64,000 bases of DNA from Monocercomonoides exilis PA203 (taxonomy: Eukaryota; Protista; Preaxostyla): positions 1,550,001 through 1,614,000 of the forward strand of contig LSRY02000014.1 of the NCBI GenBank assembly GCA_001643675.2, in the 5' to 3' direction. The position numbers were made by a program, and so were the translations under genes. The notes beneath the pieces were generated by a model. It had not been told where the DNA came from. It saw nothing but the letters and a program-made list of their open reading frames with translations, and ran no database searches. Below, one piece after another: positions 59,901-64,000 of the stretch (positions are counted from its first letter, which is position 1; every line of letters begins with the position of its first letter).

Positions 59901-62900
59901 TGCCTATTTTGCTCAAACTCTCTTTTTCTTTGCTCAGTTCTCCCAACACAAACAACGCTGATGAGACAAGATGTGTGTTGAACACAGGATACAATGCGGG
60001 ATTGAGCACAGAGCGGTTCTTCTCTTCTTGGGAGAGCACAAATTGCACTATCACTTGCTCTGGATTGGCTTCGGAGAGAGAGAAAGAGGAAAATTTAGAG
60101 GAAGAGGAAGAAGATGAAGAAGAGGAAGAAGAATCCAATTGTTTCGCTTTGAGAAGCGAAGACACGTTCAAACTGGATTGGATTGCTGCTTCTTGTTCTT
60201 CTTCTCTTTCGATTGGCTTGGCAGCTTTTCTTCCTGTTTGTGGCAAAGACAATGGAAGAAGTAATGGAGATGATGATGACGATGACAAAGATGACAAAGA
60301 AGGTGAAAGAGATTCCATTTGTTCACTAGTTTGTTCTTGTTTGGCTTCTTCTCCTTCTTCTGTTGCATCTTTTTTGCCTTTCTTTTGCTTCTTCTTTTTC
60401 TTCTTCTTCTCTTCTTCAGTTTCCTCTTCTCCTGCTCCTGCTTCAGCAACTTCTGTTCCTTCTTCAGCATTTTCTGGTTGCTGCTCTTGTTCTTGTTCTT
60501 GTTCTTGTTCTCCTTCAACTTCTTCGTTCTTCTTCTTGTCTTTCTTCTTCTTCTTCTTCTTCTTTCCTCCATCTTCTTCTTGTTCCTGCTCTTGTTCTTG
60601 TTCATTCGTCGTTTCCTCATTTTCTTCTCTTCTTGTTTCTTCTCCTTCCGTTTCCTTTGCCTCTATTTCTGACTCTTTGACTTCTTCCTTCTTCTTTTTA
60701 TCTTTCTTCTTCTTCTTCTTCTTTCCTTCGTTTTCTTCCGTTTCTTGTTCTTCAACATTTTCTCCTTCTCCTTCTCCTTCTCCTTCTTCCACTTTTGGCA
60801 CCTCTTCGTTTTCTTCTCCTCCTTCTTCTTCTGTCTTCTTCTTCTTCTTATCTTTCTTCTTCTTCTTCTTCTTCTTTTCTCCTTCCTCTTCCGCGTTAAC
60901 TTCTCCTTCTCCTTCTTCATTTTCAACTTGTTCCTCTTGTTTGTTCTCTGCATTTTGTTCTCCTTCTCCTTCTCCTTCTCTTCCTTCCTCTTCTGATTCA
61001 GTTATTTCTTTCTTGTTCTTCTTCTTATCTTTCTTCTTCTTCTTCTTTGGTTTTTCTTCTTCTCCTTCCTCTTCTCCTTCGTTTTCAACTTGTTCTCTGT
61101 CCATCTCTTCATTTCTCGTTTCTTCTTCCTCCTCCTCTTCTCCTTTCTTCTTCTTCTTATCCTTCTTCTTTTTCTTTTTCTTTCTTTCTCCTTCATCTCC
61201 TTCTCCTTCTCCTTCTCCTTCTCCTCCATTTCCTTCGGTATTTTCATTTCCTTCACCTTCTTCTTTTTCTCTCTCTCCTTCTTCTTGTTGTTCTTCTGTA
61301 ATTTCATTCGCATTACTTTCTGTTTCCTCATCATTCAATTCCACCTTCTTCTTCTTCTCTTTCTTCTTTCCTTTCTTCTTTCCTTTCTTCTCTTCGTTCT
61401 CTTCCATCACTTCGCTACTGCTTCTATTCAAACTCTCATTTTCTCCATCAATATTACTCCGTTCTTCTTCATTTTCGGTTATTTCGTTTGCTTCTCTTGA
61501 AACTTCTTTCTCCTTCTCCTTCTTTTCTCTTTCTTTCTCCTTTTCTTTCTCTTTCTCTTTCCTCTTAAGTTCTCTCTCTTTCTGTTCTCTCTCTCTTTCT
61601 CTTTGCATTTGTTGTTTGGGTCTTAATTTCCCTCTCTCCACTTCCACCAATCTTTCCATCACTATTCTCAGATCGGTTTCTCTCAATTCTTCCATCTTTG
61701 AAATAGCTTCTCCTTCTTCTCCTCCTCCTTCTCCTTCTTTGTTTTCTCTTCCTTTCTTCTTCTTCTTCTTATCTTTCTTCTGCCTCTTATTTTCTTTCTC
61801 TTTCTCCTTCTCTTCTGCATCTTCCTCCATTTTCTTCATAAATATCTCCCTTCTCCTTCTCTCTATTTCTTCCTCGTCTGCTTTCTCTTGCTTCTCCATC
61901 GCACTTTCTAGCTTTTTCAATCTCATCGTTTCCAGCTTCCTCTTATTCTTCGCTTTATTCCTCTCGTTCTTTGCACTTTCAATGTTCATCTTCACATTCT
62001 GCCTCCACTTCTCCTTCTCCTCTTCGTCTCCGTCGTTCAGACATTTCACCTGTTTTGCAATGAGCACAGACGAAACAAGCTCCACAGCTCCATTCACAAT
62101 CAGCTGGTGGTGGAAAAGCGGGTGCAAAGAAAGCATCGAAAGCAAGTCAAGCACATTCCGCGCGATCAAATGAGAAAAAGATTTGGAGAAAGAAAGGGAA
62201 GATGGTTGGAAAGAAGAAGGATTAGACAAAGAAGACAAAGAAGATGAGGAGGAGGAGGAGGAAGAAGAGGAAGAGGAAAGCTCTTCATTGGAATCATCAC
62301 CAGCAGAAGAAACAGTAGAGGAAGCAAGCAAAGCAGAAATAACGTTCATTAGCTTTCTTGGCACGCTTCTGATGAACATTGGGCAAAGAGACATCAAAAC
62401 AGCAACAACATCAGCATTCAGCCACTCGATGGGGTTGAAAGCAACCTCCTTCGACACATTCACAAGAACAGAGAGAAGCTTGACTGCAATTGAGTCAATG
62501 CTGTTGTTATTATTGGAATTATTGGAATTAATATTACTTGTACTAACACTTCTATTAATATTACTTGTGCTATTCATACCGCTATTGATATTGCTATTGC
62601 TATTACTGGCATTAATCACTTCATTTCCGAAGCCAGAAATAAGCAAGCTTTTCAATGCAAAAGAGATTGTGAAGATTCCGTTCTCGTTTCGGATGGCTTT
62701 GCAGTGTTCTGAGCGACGAGAAAGAGAATAAAGACAATTAACACACAAAATAGAAAGAGCAAAGTTAGACTGGCAATGCTGGAGGAGAAGATGGAGGAGG
62801 AGAGGAATAAACTGAGAGAGTTGAGTGGAATGGGGGATTGGAAGGCTCAATGAATCAGAGGAAGAAGAAGAAGAAGGATTTGCAGTGTTATCATTTCCTT

Positions 62901-64000
62901 CTCTTTCTCCTTCACCTTCACCTCCTTCTTTCATCTTCCTCATTGCTTGAACAGCTCTTGGGTCGTACTTCATCAACTCCACTGCCACCTCATCCGTTCC
63001 TTCTCCTTCGCTTCTCCCTGTTTTTGACATTTTCCTTGTTTTTCCTAATTTTCTGTTGAAATTTTCTTTCAATTTCTGCTCCATTGGCAAAAGTGCTTCA
63101 ATTAGGTCGATTTCTTCTTCATGGAGCGAACAATTGAGAACAAACTGAACGGCATTTTTGAGCAAATATGAAGATTTTTCTCGTTCCTTCTCTCTTTCAA
63201 TGAACGCACGGGTGATGAATTGTGAGGTTATTGTTGGAGGTTGGAGAGAATTAGAAGATGAAGAAGCAGAAGAAGAAGAATAAGCTTCTTCACTTTCTCC
63301 TCCTTCTCCTCTTCCTTCTCTTCCTTCTTTCTCCATGCAATTCGTCATCATCTTCATCACAAATTGGATTGCTCCGTTTTTCACCAGTTTGATTCGGATG
63401 TCTCGTGTCGAAGACAAATTGCTGATTATTTCCAGCATCGCCACTTCATTCAGCTTCGGAGAATTAGTTCGGAGAAACTCGCAAAGCAAATTTACAGCAC
63501 CGTATCGGGTGAAAGGGAGGTGGTTGATTGGAATGTGAGAGAGAACGGCTAATGTTGGAGTGATGTCAAAGAAGAATGAAGAAGAAGAGGAAGAAGATGA
63601 TGATGATGAAGATGATGATTGATCAATAGAACTTCCATTGTCTTCTCCTTCTACTTCTCCTTCTCCTTCTTCTTGTTCATTCGCCATCACACTCATCAGC
63701 ATCCTCACAAACATTGGATCTCTCAAACAAGAAAGCTTTGCAATGAAATTCTGCTCGTTTCCAATGGAAAGCAAGAAAAATGACTGGATTTTGGCTAATT
63801 GAGCAGAATTGCCTCGTTTCAGGACTTCTTTGAAGAAGGAGATGAGAATTTGGAGCTGAGATTCAGAAGAGATGGAGAAAGAGGGGGAAAGAGAAGAAGG
63901 AAAAGAGAAAGATGAGGAAGAAGAAGAAGAAGAAGAAGAAGAAGCTGAAGATGACAATAAATAAGAAGATGATGATGAAGATGATAAATATGAAGAAGAA
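55570..64000 (-). CDS. Large ARM/HEAT-repeat-like protein with alternating acidic and poly-Lys blocks; 5' end lies beyond the window
   Basis: The frame stays open to the window edge. ARM-like segments GAVNLLCEFL, IISNLSSTRDIRIKLVKNGAIQFVM, LYSLSRRSEHCKAIRNENGIFTI, HQLIVNGAVELV, SCGVVEEVPKLM. Confidence 0.75.
58177..60948. repeat. ~260-bp near-identical direct duplication within the ARM gene (~58177-58437 and ~60688-60948)
   Basis: Both copies encode ENKQEE.VENEEGEGE.NAEEEGEKKK..DKKKKKTEEEGGEENEEVPKVEEGEGEGEGENVEEQETEENEGKKK and share unique k-mers such as CCACTTTTGGCACCTCTTCG. Confidence 0.9.

Noticed and set aside
59909-62173. 754-aa plus-strand ORF
   Set aside because: Antisense shadow of the E/K-rich ARM gene (Ser/Phe only).
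1-64000. Alternative genetic code (TAA/TAG = Gln, as in some oxymonads) as an explanation for stops in the transposons
   Set aside because: Host ORFs of up to 11 kb have no in-frame TAR; NOT3 and UTP11 end in TAA and TAG; the TE lesions include TGA and frameshifts.

Overview
Eukaryotic, AT-rich protist DNA read in the standard genetic code (intact genes end in TAA, TAG and TGA), with short GT-AG introns and proteins inflated by poly-Ser/poly-Glu/poly-Lys tracts. The style strongly suggests an oxymonad such as Monocercomonoides (inference). Layout: (1) a decayed Merlin/IS1595-type transposase at the left edge; (2) a compact gene cluster at 1.4-29.8 kb (IQ-DH-PH RhoGEF, a 3740-aa probable TAF1C/Rrn6-like protein, NOT3/5 with a 13-nt micro-exon, an orphan single-TM protein, UTP11); (3) a ~14-kb transposon island at 30.1-44.0 kb holding a TIR-bounded pogo-like DD35D element with a ~210-aa insert in its catalytic domain, a near-perfect 1014-bp foldback, a structurally complete but decayed DIRS1-type tyrosine-recombinase retrotransposon (ITRs, ICR, gag, RT, RNase H, MT, YR) and a TA-flanked MITE; (4) an intronless 3020-aa modular beta-helix-type surface protein with one TM helix and a catalytically dead TKL-like C-lobe; (5) a 5'-truncated ARM-repeat protein with alternating acidic/poly-Lys blocks. 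The best candidates for undescribed biology are the receptor-pseudokinase, the foldback and the unusual pogo and DIRS architectures. All family calls come from motif recognition by eye; no database searches were run.
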